Source of the DNA: Diplonema japonicum
Taxonomy: Eukaryota; Protista; Euglenozoa: Diplonemea
Direction: 5' to 3'
Length of the DNA: 64,000 nt
Assembly: GCA_964019335.1 (NCBI GenBank)
Contig: OZ025689.1
Location: 124,001-188,000, forward strand
Below, in pieces: positions 12,991 through 23,027 of this stretch (positions are counted from its first letter, which is position 1; the number at the start of each line of letters is the position of its first letter). A model generated the notes under the pieces. It had not been told where the DNA came from, made no database searches, and saw only the letters and a program-made list of their open reading frames with translations. A program made the translations under genes and the position numbers.

Positions 12991-13122
12991 CTATTCTTTT
13001 AAGGTATGCGTTTTTGCGCTCACCGGCCGCGCTGTACTTAGTCCCCGTTGTCCCCGTTCTGGGGGCTCTGGCGGGTTCGTACTGCGGTGGTAAAACTGCG
13101 TGCAGCCTTGTCGGGGTCTGCG
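12991..13122 (-). mobile_element. ~130-nt 3'-end copy of family B LINE
   Basis: Near-identical to 11450-11577 (GGGGACAACGGGGAC, CCGCCAGAGCCCCCAG). Lies about 20 nt downstream of the kinase stop. Confidence 0.85.
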
Positions 13123-13143
13123 AAAAAAAAAAAACAGCCCAAT

Positions 13144-14412
13144 TCAGCAAGCCAGCAAACCAATGAGGGACGACAGGTCGGCAGGGTGGTCCGATAAATA
13201 TGGTGAATCCAAATGCGAGGCAGCAGATGGACGGCGGTAAGGGGATCTGGTCAAAAGGGACAGGAGAAAGGAAGAAAGGTGAGCCGGGGTGTTATCGGGA
13301 AGTCGTGACTGGAGCACGGGGGACATGGCGGAGAGTTGAAAAAGCTTAAGAGTCGACAGCTCAGAGAAACAAGGCCATTCCTCCTCCGTGGGCGGCCACC
13401 CCACCAGTTCGACAACCTCAGTCATAACAGGGATCTCACTGGTATAATTTTCCAACAAGTGTTTCCCAACCCAAGCCTCGGCCAACGTCATCCCAGTGCT
13501 CCACACATCTACTGTAAGACCATAGTCCTCCTTACCCAACAAACATTCAGGCGGCCGGTACGGCAGCGTCATCCTACTATACAACGGCGAGACAGGCTTG
13601 AGCTTGTCCTCCTCAGACATACATCGGGACATACCATAGTCACATAGCATAACCCCGCCTGCTTTGCTTAATAAAACATTCGCTGGCTTGATGTCTCTGT
13701 GCATGATGTCATGGCTGTGCAGGTGTGACACTGCGGTTAGAATCGCCTTCGAGACGATCTGATGAGCGGGTAACGGCAAGCAGCCTTTTCTTTTCAAAAG
13801 ATGGGACAGGTCAACGTCCATTTTCGGCAGGACCAAAATGGGCATTTTCATGCTGTTTTGCAGGACCTCCAGCAAGGGTAAGGTGTGTTTGGACGGGTCC
13901 CCGCAGAGTTTCATGGTGCTGATCTCTCGGAGGGCCATCATTGGGACACCTGTGTCGCCCTGATCTCGGGAGATACGTTTCATGTTAGACACGTTGAGAA
14001 CCTTGCAGGCGACCTGTTCTCCCGTGTCTCGTATTTCTGCGTTGTACACCCACCCGTATGCTCCTTCACCAAGTTTGGATTTTCGTCGGACTGCTTTCAC
14101 GCTTCGTGTGGAGCCGTAGACAGAGGGCGTGGTGACCTCTTCGTCGAAACGTTCTGCGTCGCTGTCCCAACCGGAGCCCGTCATGGCGCCTTCGCATGTT
14201 ACTGTAAAGACGTAGCCGTCTTGAACGTGTCTTGCTGGGGTGTCGCCTCTTCCCAACACTTCTCCGTCCCCGTAGGCTATGTGGAAGAATTCTGCGTTCA
14301 TGTGGATTTCTTTCGCCACGAGCGCGTACACCTCACTCCCTGTCACTTCCTTGTCGACGCAGAAGCTGCATATGCCGTTGATAGGGTTCTTCACGAGGAT
14401 AGTCACTGCCAT
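13144..14412 (-). CDS. CDK-like Ser/Thr kinase with probable N-terminal ubiquitin-like domain
   Basis: GEGAYG, VACK, PMMALRE at the PSTAIRE position, HRDIKPAN, DYG, YRPPE, DVWSTG. The first ~75 aa look like a beta-grasp fold. Confidence 0.85.
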   Translation of the reverse strand: MAVTILVKNPINGICSFCVDKEVTGSEVYALVAKEIHMNAEFFHIAYGDGEVLGRGDTPARHVQDGYVFTVTCEGAMTGSGWDSDAERFDEEVTTPSVYGSTRSVKAVRRKSKLGEGAYGWVYNAEIRDTGEQVACKVLNVSNMKRISRDQGDTGVPMMALREISTMKLCGDPSKHTLPLLEVLQNSMKMPILVLPKMDVDLSHLLKRKGCLPLPAHQIVSKAILTAVSHLHSHDIMHRDIKPANVLLSKAGGVMLCDYGMSRCMSEEDKLKPVSPLYSRMTLPYRPPECLLGKEDYGLTVDVWSTGMTLAEAWVGKHLLENYTSEIPVMTEVVELVGWPPTEEEWPCFSELSTLKLFQLSAMSPVLQSRLPDNTPAHLSSFLLSLLTRSPYRRPSAASHLDSPYLSDHPADLSSLIGLLAC

Positions 14413-14780
14413 TTCGTTTTTGATCCTCCACCCCCCCCCCCCCCCCCTTCCGCCCCTGCCCTGTGGTTTCCTTTAAAGATTATTTTGACTTACTTAGTTT
14501 AGATAGCGAGAGAGGAAAGTCGTATAAAAAAGACGGATCCCGTGTGGTGGTTGGGAACCATCTCTTCGCCACGGCCCCCGTCCGGCCGTGGGCAGGGTCA
14601 CCACGGGCAGGTGAATGGGGGAGGCAGTCCAGTTGGCTTCCTTAAAAAAGATGCGATGTCACATGCAAACTCCGCGCGAGAGCCGCATGACAAAAAAGAA
14701 AAGAAAAAATTAAAGAAGGAAAAAGGATGCAGTGTGTACGCATCCCCCCCCTGCAGGGTCGGAGAAAGAGAAGAAAAAAA

Positions 14781-14823
14781 AGATGTCTTTGAAGGGAACC
14801 TGCAGTATGTGACAGGATCGCCT
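14781..14823 (-). repeat. Family D stem-loop retroposon tail
   Basis: Near-identical to 50679-50720. Confidence 0.7.
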
Positions 14824-15006
14824 TAAAAAGAAAAGAACCGACTTTTTAGCATTTGTTTTGCGCCGGTATAAATACTCTTTAGCTCGTACAAGAGACTGAG
14901 CGGTTCTTGTTGAGTACAAAAAAAAAAAAAAAAAAAAAAAAACCGTTTCCGGCAGGGGAAGGAGAGAGGGACCTTTTTTTCTCTTTTTTGTAATTATGAA
15001 ATCGGT

Positions 15007-15095
15007 CCTATTTTTCGAGGCATTATACTAAAAGGCAGCTGAAGCATTAGTGTAAGTGCTTTTATGTTGGCGCTGCCTGCCTGTCACAGAAAAGG
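15007..15095 (-). promoter_or_regulatory. Candidate SECIS element in the 3' UTR of the AhpD-like gene (atypical)
   Basis: Folded by hand. Helix I CCUUUU/AAAUAGG; core GUGAC/CGAA with tandem G-A; helix II AGGCA/UGCCU plus GGCAGC/GCUGCC with an 11-nt 3' bulge; unpaired AA; apical AAGCA/UGCUU mini-stem. Confidence 0.4.
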
Positions 15096-15187
15096 TTTCG
15101 ATACACGGCCGTTCATAAGAAAGGGTCCGCCCTCCCCCTCCGCACGTGCGAGAAAGGAAAGAAAAAGTTTGTTCAACAAATGTCAAT

Positions 15188-15799
15188 TTATTGGCCAGGA
15201 GCGCCCTCGCCGTGACCGAGAGGGACACCAAGGCCAGCAGCGACACGGTTGGCGTAGGCGAAGTAAGAGGCGACCTGCACCGTGTCGAGGATCTCACGGT
15301 CGGAGAAGCCGGATGTGCGCAACGCGTCCACGTCGCTTTTGGTCATTTCGGAAGGGTGGCTTGTCAACTTGGTAGAGTAAACAGCAAGTGCGTGTTCCCT
15401 GTCAGTCAGCTCAGACATGTCGCCTGCCACAAGCTTGTCAGCAACGTGCTTGCGTGCATCAGGCAGCAGGCTTCGCAGGCCTGCTGCGTGGTGCGTGTGT
15501 CAGTACCCACAGTTGTTCAGATTGCTCACCACCACCGCCACGACCTCCCTCTCCACAAAGCTCAAAGGGCTCTCCTCCTTCATGCACTGCTTGTACAGCA
15601 CCTCGTGCGACACCATGGACGCGGGGTTCAGAGAGTGCACCTTGTCGATGTTGTCCACACTGCCGTCGGGCTTCCCATACTTCGCATAACACTCTTTCAA
15701 CTCCCCTACGGCGTCCTGGGGCTCAACTACCTCGATGAACGGGCCTTGAGGAGGCACCCTGCACACGGTACTGCTACTGCATAACGTGCGCCGAAACAT
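15188..15799 (-). CDS. AhpD/CMD-family peroxidase-related enzyme with in-frame TGA at the second CxxC position (probable selenocysteine); 203 aa
   Basis: One frame reads MFRRTLCSSS...HSLNP...EREVVAVVVSNLNNCGY-TGA(15500-15502)-HTHHAAGL...LRTSGFSDREILDTVQVASYFAYANRVAAGLGV. Both halves fit the family, and the only stop sits at the resolving Cys position of N.C.YC...H. Confidence 0.85.
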
Positions 15800-15896
15800 T
15801 TTTTTCTTTTTTCTTATCCCCCCTCCTTCTTTTATTTGTTGGCGGGGGGGAGAAGCAAAATGAGAAGACGAGTTTCTTTTTTCTTTTCTTCTTTTT

Positions 15897-18428
15897 TTAC
15901 TGGAACCCGTCCCAGGGGTTAGTCTCGTCGTCGCTGACCCATCCTGTTTCTTCTCCTGCGGGGATGTCCCCGACTGCTTCGTCAAGGACGGACGCCATGC
16001 CTTCCCGCCTGCCGGTGGTGTTGACAAGCGAGGTGAGGTTGTCGAAGATGTTCTCCAGGTTATCGACCTTGACCGCGCTGCGTCCCTTGTGCAGCATGGC
16101 ATCCGTCACAGCACCCTCTACGGTGTCCCAGCTGTCGGTTCCGTTCTGTGCAGCGTGTTGTGCATTGTGTTCATAACATACGTCAAACGTCGATGGCATG
16201 AGTGTGCTGTTCCGCGGCTGCCGGCTCTTCCTTTGAGCTTTCGACTTTGCGGTGTTCTTGCTTGCAGTGAGCTTATTCTTCCAATCGCTGTGTAGGTCCA
16301 ACCACATGCGTCGTCTCAAGTTGAACTCGCTCTCGTCCTCCACTACCCAGTCGTCGAGGCCAACGCTGCTCACATCCGACAGCCCGTCAAAGTCCTGTGC
16401 CTCTTCTATCTTCTTTTCTTGGAACTCTTCCTTCGCAGCCATTTGGGTGGGATACAGAGGTGGTATGTTGTTCACTCTTACGACATCTTCCTCAACCCCA
16501 GCATTCACCCCTTCCATACTGCGGGTGGAGGGAATTTGCATTTTCTCTTCTTTTTCTTTTTTTGCATACTCAAATAAACCCAACTCATCGTCGCTCTCTG
16601 CTTTTGCGTCACCAATCTCCCTCTCGAGGGCCTGGATACCTTCATCGTTTAATGTGGCTTCGAGGAGCTCATCGCCTGCTTTCAAATCACTGCCCACCAC
16701 CTTGCTCGGGTCGTACTCTTTGGTGTGGAGGTGATTTTTCTTTTTCTTTTTCTTTTTATACCACCGGCCTGCGCCTCCAAATCTTCTAAATTGGTAATGT
16801 CGTCCGTGTTGGACATGGCAAGAAGGTTTTTGAGAATGTCCTCGTCCTCCTCTCCGCTCTGGAAGGGCTCCTGCATGAGATGGTCGTCATCTACGAATCT
16901 GACGTCGTTGAGGTTTGCAACATCGTTAATGGGCCCGTCTTCTTCTGCTGGGGCTTTGCTTTCGTCAATCCGACGTTCTTCTTCCTGTTGCTCCATTTCG
17001 CGAGCAGCTCTCTGTTGCCTGACCTTGATGAATTCGGCAAGAGGTAGGTCTGAGGTGAGATTGGGGTGAAGTGTGTTGTGCCATACCAGCATCTGCGTCT
17101 GTTGTGGATGCATAGGAAGCGTACGAGGAGTCGCTTGAGGTGGCCAGGTCAACATCGATGTGTGCGATGTCCTCCGCCCACTCTCCTTCTTCCTCCACAG
17201 TGGACGTTGAGACTGACGAGACGGAGACGGAATCGCTGGGTGACGATGATGAGGATTCCACAGATTTCGCGCGTTTTCTCTTCTTCGATTTGTTGGCTTG
17301 CTTGCGCTTTATTTTCTTCTCTTGTTTCATCTCTTCTTTCTTCTCGGCCACCTTCGCATTCTTCTTCATTTTCTTCCGGTATTTCTTTTTGTTCTCCATC
17401 TGCTTCTCGTATTTCAGCTTCGTGGCCGCTCGTTGCCTGGTCACTCCGCTGAATTTTCCGAGCATTATTTTCGACTCTTTTGCGTTGACGAAGCTTTCAA
17501 CAGCGGAGGTGTCCTTTCCTCGGCGGGCGAGGTATGATTTTAACAATTCGTCGCGTCTCTGCTGCATGAGGAGGGAGGCGGGGAGCGCGTTGGTTTTCGC
17601 GGTTTCAGAGTCGACGCTTTCCTTTTTGATCTTCGAGTACAGCTTCTTCGCCTCCTCCAGCCTTTTTATCGCAACGTTGTTGGTGATGCTCAACACCCTT
17701 GTAACGTTTTCCAGTCGTATCTGACTGTAGCCATGTAACCGTGCTGCGAGGTAGATCGCGGCAGCCAACACACCAGCGGGCTTCCTCCCTTGTGAAATCC
17801 AGTCCCGGTTCATCCTTGCCATCAGCGTCGCTGCTGACTGTGTCACTTCCGTTTGCTTCGAACGCATTCCCAAAACGGAAATATATTTGTGAATGTACAG
17901 CGATGGATCGACAGTGCTGAGCTGCATTTTAAGATGCTTCATAACGTATTCTGCTATCTGACCGATTGCATAGGGGGATTCTGCTGTCACTTCGCTGAAG
18001 TCCACCAACATCAAAGGTGTGTTTCCCGCCATACGAGATGCTATGTACAAACAAGCGCAGCTTGTGAGTTGCATGCGACGATTTGCTAGAAGGTGTTTTT
18101 GTACGGCCATGTTGTAGACCTTCATTGCGGACTCTACAAGGTCAGATGTGAGCTCCATTGTAATGGAAATGTCTTCCATTTTCGTTCTTGCCTTTGCGAT
18201 GACGCCCTCAGAGGGGCCGGCTCCGAATGTTCGTGCAGTGAACGATCGGCCGCCGGGCATCCATTTCTTGCCGCCCCCACCCCCCCCGCCGGAAGGCACG
18301 TGTGCGCCTTGAAATTCTTCGGTCAGCAAATTACTTTCAACTACAAGACCACACGAACCGCACACCTGCGTCCCGTTTGCATTGTCGGTGACAAACCCGC
18401 TGCGGGGTGCACCGCACAAGCAGTCCAT
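15897..18428 (-). CDS. BRF1: TFIIIB subunit BRF1; introns 17050-17086 and 16718-16761
   Basis: Zn ribbon CLC...CGSCG, cyclin repeats with ACLYIA, DPSLYI and MNRDWISQGRKPAG, and a C-terminal LSDV...DDWV...E...RRMW TBP-binding-like block. Two GT-AG introns join three ORFs in frame. Confidence 0.88.
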
Positions 18429-18552
18429 CGCTTCCTGTTTTTTTTTTTTTTTTTTTTTTTTTTTTTCCGATTTGAAGAACACGAGCAAGATAAAATAAAC
18501 CAGCAGGCAAAAAAAAAAGGGGGGGATGGGGGAGGGGAAGAGGGAAAGAATT

Positions 18553-19066
18553 CTACAGAGTCAATTGACAATCGTGCCCCTGAGCTGCCGCAAGCTCGCG
18601 TTTACAATCAGTGTGGTTTCTGATATTAACTTTTTTAAAAAAAAAAAACTTTTTTTTACACAACATACCTTGCTGACTGGACACATTGCTTGAAAGAGCT
18701 GATGAGCGTTTTGCAACGTGGGTGTTCTTCTTCGGCGACGAGTTCGCCAATGGGCAACAAGGGGACCTGTTCGCGGCACACCTCAAAATCTGCCATGTAC
18801 TGCTCGCACGAGGTGTGTTGGCTAATGCCGTACATGGGCTCGTTTGGATTGGCCACCTCGTCTAGCTTGTCTTGCCTAGTGCCGGCCTTCAAGCGATCCG
18901 CCATGTGGCGTGACGATGAAAAACCATAACCCGAAGCATGATCGCTGCCTCCCCCCCCAGCCGGGCCTGAGTCTTTGCCCTTGCCCTTTTGGTCAATACA
19001 CCTATAATACTGCCTTAAAATGGGCGCACACTCGTCTCGAAATTGGTATTGGGAATATCGGTCCAT
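18553..19066 (-). CDS. Cx9C (CHCH-type) protein; intron 18620-18668
   Basis: Three Cx9C motifs plus a final Cys pair in exon 2 after a GTATGT...ATCAG intron. Confidence 0.6.
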
Positions 19067-19329
19067 CGCACGGGAAGGAGGGAGGAGTGCTTTCTCTTTT
19101 TTTTTTTTTTTTTTTCTCTTTTTTTCTCAAATATTAAAAAAAAAAAAAAAGGGGGATAGAAAAAAAAAAAAAAATCTTTTTTTTTTTCCTCTCATCTTTT
19201 TTTTTTTTTTTTTTTTTTCTTCTTCCCCCTCAGGGAAAAAAAAAAAAGAAAAAAAAAAAGAAAATATACGGCAGGGGTACCACTGGTAAGGATACTATTT
19301 TTTTCTTTTTTTCTTCTTTTTTTTCCCCT

Positions 19330-20118
19330 TCAAATGTAAGGAATCCATGTTCGAAACAGTTCGGGCAAAGACATGACCTCGATGTACTGCGACTCCACCA
19401 TGATGAACCCCCGGTTAAGAAGGCCTTCTGAAATGCCTTGCGTGTGCGCGCCTCCCCACGGAATGATGACATAGTTCCAAGCAAAGGGATGGGAAAGCTT
19501 GGTATCAAGGTTCACAAGAAGATTGTTGTTTCTCCGGGTGATAAGCGACGATGGGCAGGCGCTGATGGTGCTCAATGGTAAATCCGCATTCTCGCAATAT
19601 GAAAACCAAGGGACAAACGCGTCAAAGTAGTCCTGAGACACTAAGTAAGCCGCCGTTTCGGGTTGCGTCTGCATTGACAGTGCCCTTATAAGTGATATTG
19701 ATACAAATCCGAATGTGGTAAACAAAACCTGTGCCAGGGTGTGTAGCATCCACCTCAACAGACGAAAGCTGGACGATTCCTGCGTGTGCTGCCTTGGCCG
19801 TATCCCTTCCATCAGTGTTACCCCCCCGCCACCCATCTCCGCAACTTCCTCGTAGAACCGTGGTGTTGCGAAATGCACCATAGGTGCCAGCACCACGCGT
19901 GCTCCGTCTGCCCTCTGCCACAGTGCTATCTTGCTCATTACTCTGCCGCTGCGGTCTATCTTTAAGTTTGGCCAAACCTGCCAGTACATATGCCCCACAG
20001 CCACCACCAACACGCACGCTACACCTTTATATCTTAACCTCCCAAGGGGTGCTGTCAGACGGGAGAACACGCTTTGAGCTTGCTTTTTTACATTTGGCCG
20101 AACCCCCCGATTGCGCAT
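19330..20118 (-). CDS. TraB/GumN-like domain protein
   Basis: VVLAPMVHFA..FY, LMEG, NADL, RRN and IPWGGAH motifs. Start taken at MRNRG. Confidence 0.55.
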   Translation of the reverse strand: MRNRGVRPNVKKQAQSVFSRLTAPLGRLRYKGVACVLVVAVGHMYWQVWPNLKIDRSGRVMSKIALWQRADGARVVLAPMVHFATPRFYEEVAEMGGGGVTLMEGIRPRQHTQESSSFRLLRWMLHTLAQVLFTTFGFVSISLIRALSMQTQPETAAYLVSQDYFDAFVPWFSYCENADLPLSTISACPSSLITRRNNNLLVNLDTKLSHPFAWNYVIIPWGGAHTQGISEGLLNRGFIMVESQYIEVMSLPELFRTWIPYI

Positions 20119-20437
20119 TTTCTTTTTTTTTTTTGGAGCTCTTGTTGCCCTTTGCTGTTGCATATAAAAAGAATGGGAGGGGAAAAAAAAAGGGGGGGGG
20201 GAAACGAGGGGACGGTGGGGATATGAGGTGGAACGGGAGGAATTAGGGGTTTGCCGGAGAAGACAAAGAATAAGAGGGAGGGAGGGGGCATTTACACTTT
20301 TCTTTTTTTATTTGTTATTCTGTTTTCCCCTTTTTCTTTTTTTTTTCCCCGTCTTCTCTTTTTTTTTTTTTTTCAGTTCCTTCAAAATTAAAAAGAAAAA
20401 GTATAAGCCCCCCCTCCGACACTAAAACAGGGAAGTG

Positions 20438-20471
<34 letters not shown>

Positions 20472-20536
20472 ACACTAAAATAATTTTACAGAACGTGGTA
20501 GTAAAAAAAAAAATCGACAATTTTCTCCCCCCCCCT

Positions 20537-22148
20537 CTAAAAAACAAGAGGCTGAGGCATGGGAAGACCTGCGGCTGCGCAGTATGCGGCATAGGCGTAA
20601 TCATAATCAAAGGCCTTGAGGAAACGCTCGGCATACTCCTGTTTTTTTTTTCTTCCCCCCTCCCCCCCACTCCAAAATACCTTTTGAGATTCGTAATCAA
20701 TGGACCAGACGTCCTTATCCACGACAAGTGCGGCAATGGGAATATTTGTGGGGTCGTAAACATCTGAGAACTGAGCGGGGGAGATGTCGATGCTCTTAGT
20801 GGCGGTGCTGTAGCTGACCCACACGAACCCGTCTCCGTTCAAAGCCTCGGCAGCACTGACAATGGAGCTCTCAAAAGCAGCCTTCCCACCGCAGTGGATG
20901 TCAAGAACCTCTTGGAATTCGGCCCGCAAAGGGCCTCCCCGGGGCTTGATGGACCTCCACATAACGGTCCTAGCAAGCTGCTGCACGCAGTCCGATCTGA
21001 GACCATCGTCCAGAGTGTTGTTCATGACCTCCATGAGCTCGTCCTTGCCCCCTGCTGTGGCCTTGTTCAACCGCCTCACACAAGGCTCGTGGATGTCGTA
21101 CTTCAATTTTCTAAAAGCCACCGCAGACAGGAACGGCATCACACCGTTCACCGTCTGGTAGTCGTCCGTCGGGAGCGCAAACTCTCCCCCATACCTCTCC
21201 TGTGGGAAATTCTCTTTTTTTTTTTTTTTTATTCTTGTTGTAAATATACCATTTCCCTCGCTTTCTCCCTCTCCCACACCATGTGTGGGTACAGGGTTTG
21301 GTTGCTCCGCTGCTTCCAGTACTCACCGGGGTTCTATTTTTTTTTTGTTTTTCTTTTTTTTTTTCTTTTTCTTTTTTTTTTTTTTTTTTTAATTTCAAAA
21401 AGAAAAAAAGAACCGCGAGCAGCGAAACGCTGGTCTCTTGAGCAGGGCAGTTTGACCAGCCCTTCGTAACGTGGGAAGAGCTGGTGGCGGGGAAGGACGG
21501 CGTTGCCATCGTAAGCACTCATCCTCAAGCGCCGCGGCACAGGACGGGATGAGTACGACATCGTGCTCAAGGCAGACGGAGAGTTCACGAACAGGAAGAT
21601 GTCCTAAGACAATAACGACATGACAATATTAAAAATATGCTTCCTCCCCCTCCCTTCCCCCCCTTTTTTTTTAATGCCAAAACACACACCTCTTCATACG
21701 AGTTGGGGTACATCCCGTAGTAGTACTCCTCCATGTTTCCCCATCTCGTAAGGGGGTCCTTTCCGTTTTCCACCTTTTGAGGCACACCCTGGGACCACTT
21801 GTGAGACCAGTCATTACGGACGTCAGGGGTCTGCGTGTAGACGGCTTGCTCCCAAAGGACACGGCGCTCTGGGTCGACTTTGCAACTGAGGGAAGTGTCT
21901 TTCACCTGTTCAGGAAAAAAAATTTAAAAGGGGGTTATTTTGTATACCGGGTGCACCCATGCGACGTGGTTCACACCAAAGAGCTGCTCGACCCGCTCAT
22001 CATTTTCGTTTGACTTCCCGACCGCCTCTTCCATGTCGAAGTCCCGCCTCCTGCTCCACCCCGCCTGGTTCACGGGCACCACACCCCTCTTGGCGTAGGC
22101 GAAGCCATCACTCCCCCATCGCCTCTGCGTCTTTGCCACGGCACGCAT
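20537..22148 (-). CDS. Fe/Mn-SOD-fold, probably non-catalytic mitochondrial protein (mitoribosomal mS42/mS43-like); five introns, the third anomalous
   Basis: SOD C-domain pattern (GDGFVWV, PIAALVVDKDVWSIDY, EYAERF) lacking the DVWEH ligands. Introns 21906-21947, 21604-21689, ~21330-21413, 21200-21249 and 20639-20680. Confidence 0.65.
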
Positions 22149-22290
22149 TGCAAAAAAAAACCAAACCCCCTTTTTTTCTTTTTAGTACTTTTTTTTTTTG
22201 TATGCTTTCAAAAAAAAAAGAAAATAAACCGGCGTAACAAAAAAAAAAAAGGGTGGCAAGGAAAAGAGCAAAAAAAAAAAAAAAAAAAAA

Positions 22291-22938
22291 AGAGATGAGA
22301 TAAAGGAGGTTCCTGTTTTGGAACGTCCCCCTTGTCTCTACTTATCTACCCCTTTCTCCCTTCTGGGGCCTCGGCCTTTCTTTCTTTTTTGGCTGTGTTG
22401 CCTTCCTCAAAGTATCCTCCCTTTCTTCTTGCCACTTTCTGCCCAGTTTCTTAAGGTCCTTCTTGGTTTTCTCTGATGCAAAAACTGGCCTTCTGTTCCA
22501 TCCCAGACTCTTCTTCGCACCTATGGTTCTAAGCGCGTGGTTCTTCTTGCTCTCCGCTGGGAAGATCCGCTTGCCTCTGACCTTCTTCTGTATGCGTGCT
22601 GTGTCCCACCCTTCTTGGATTCTTTCCAGGAGGCCGTGGAAACTCCGCGCTTTCTTCTGTATCATGTCTAGATCACCCTTCTTCCCCGTGATCGGCTCGA
22701 CGCCCAGCGTGTTCTCGAAGTCTAGTACGAGTTCCATTGTGGTGACTGTCGTCTTCCTCGGTCCATCGTACCACTTCAGCTTTTTGAGCCACTTGACGAT
22801 GTCTTCACCGTGCTTCATCATCAGGCTCCCGCTCACATGCTTCCTCAGCTCCTTCCATTCAGGTGGCGCATGAGCGTTTCCTTCCGTTATCTGTTCCCAG
22901 GGGTGCGTCGTGTACGTTTCTAGCTTTCTTGTCCTGGA
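22291..22938 (-). mobile_element. 5'-truncated LINE 3' end, family C
   Basis: Protein (WLKKLKW...ELVLDFE...FPAE...GWNRRPVFA) aligns with the family A C-terminus (WLSQLRW...ELAIDFE...FPAD...GFSRRPIFA). T-runs at both junctions. Confidence 0.85.
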
Positions 22939-23027
22939 GAAAAAAAAAAAAAAAAAAAAAAAAAACAGAATTGAATGATTAGGAAAAAAAAGGGGGGGGG
23001 GGAACGGAAGACGGGGGAGGGTGTAAC

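Noticed and set aside
15472-15506. Intron GTACTGA...CGAAG removing the in-frame TGA of the peroxidase
   Set aside because: It would delete the conserved Y-C/U...H active-site segment, and the donor does not match the local GTATG consensus.
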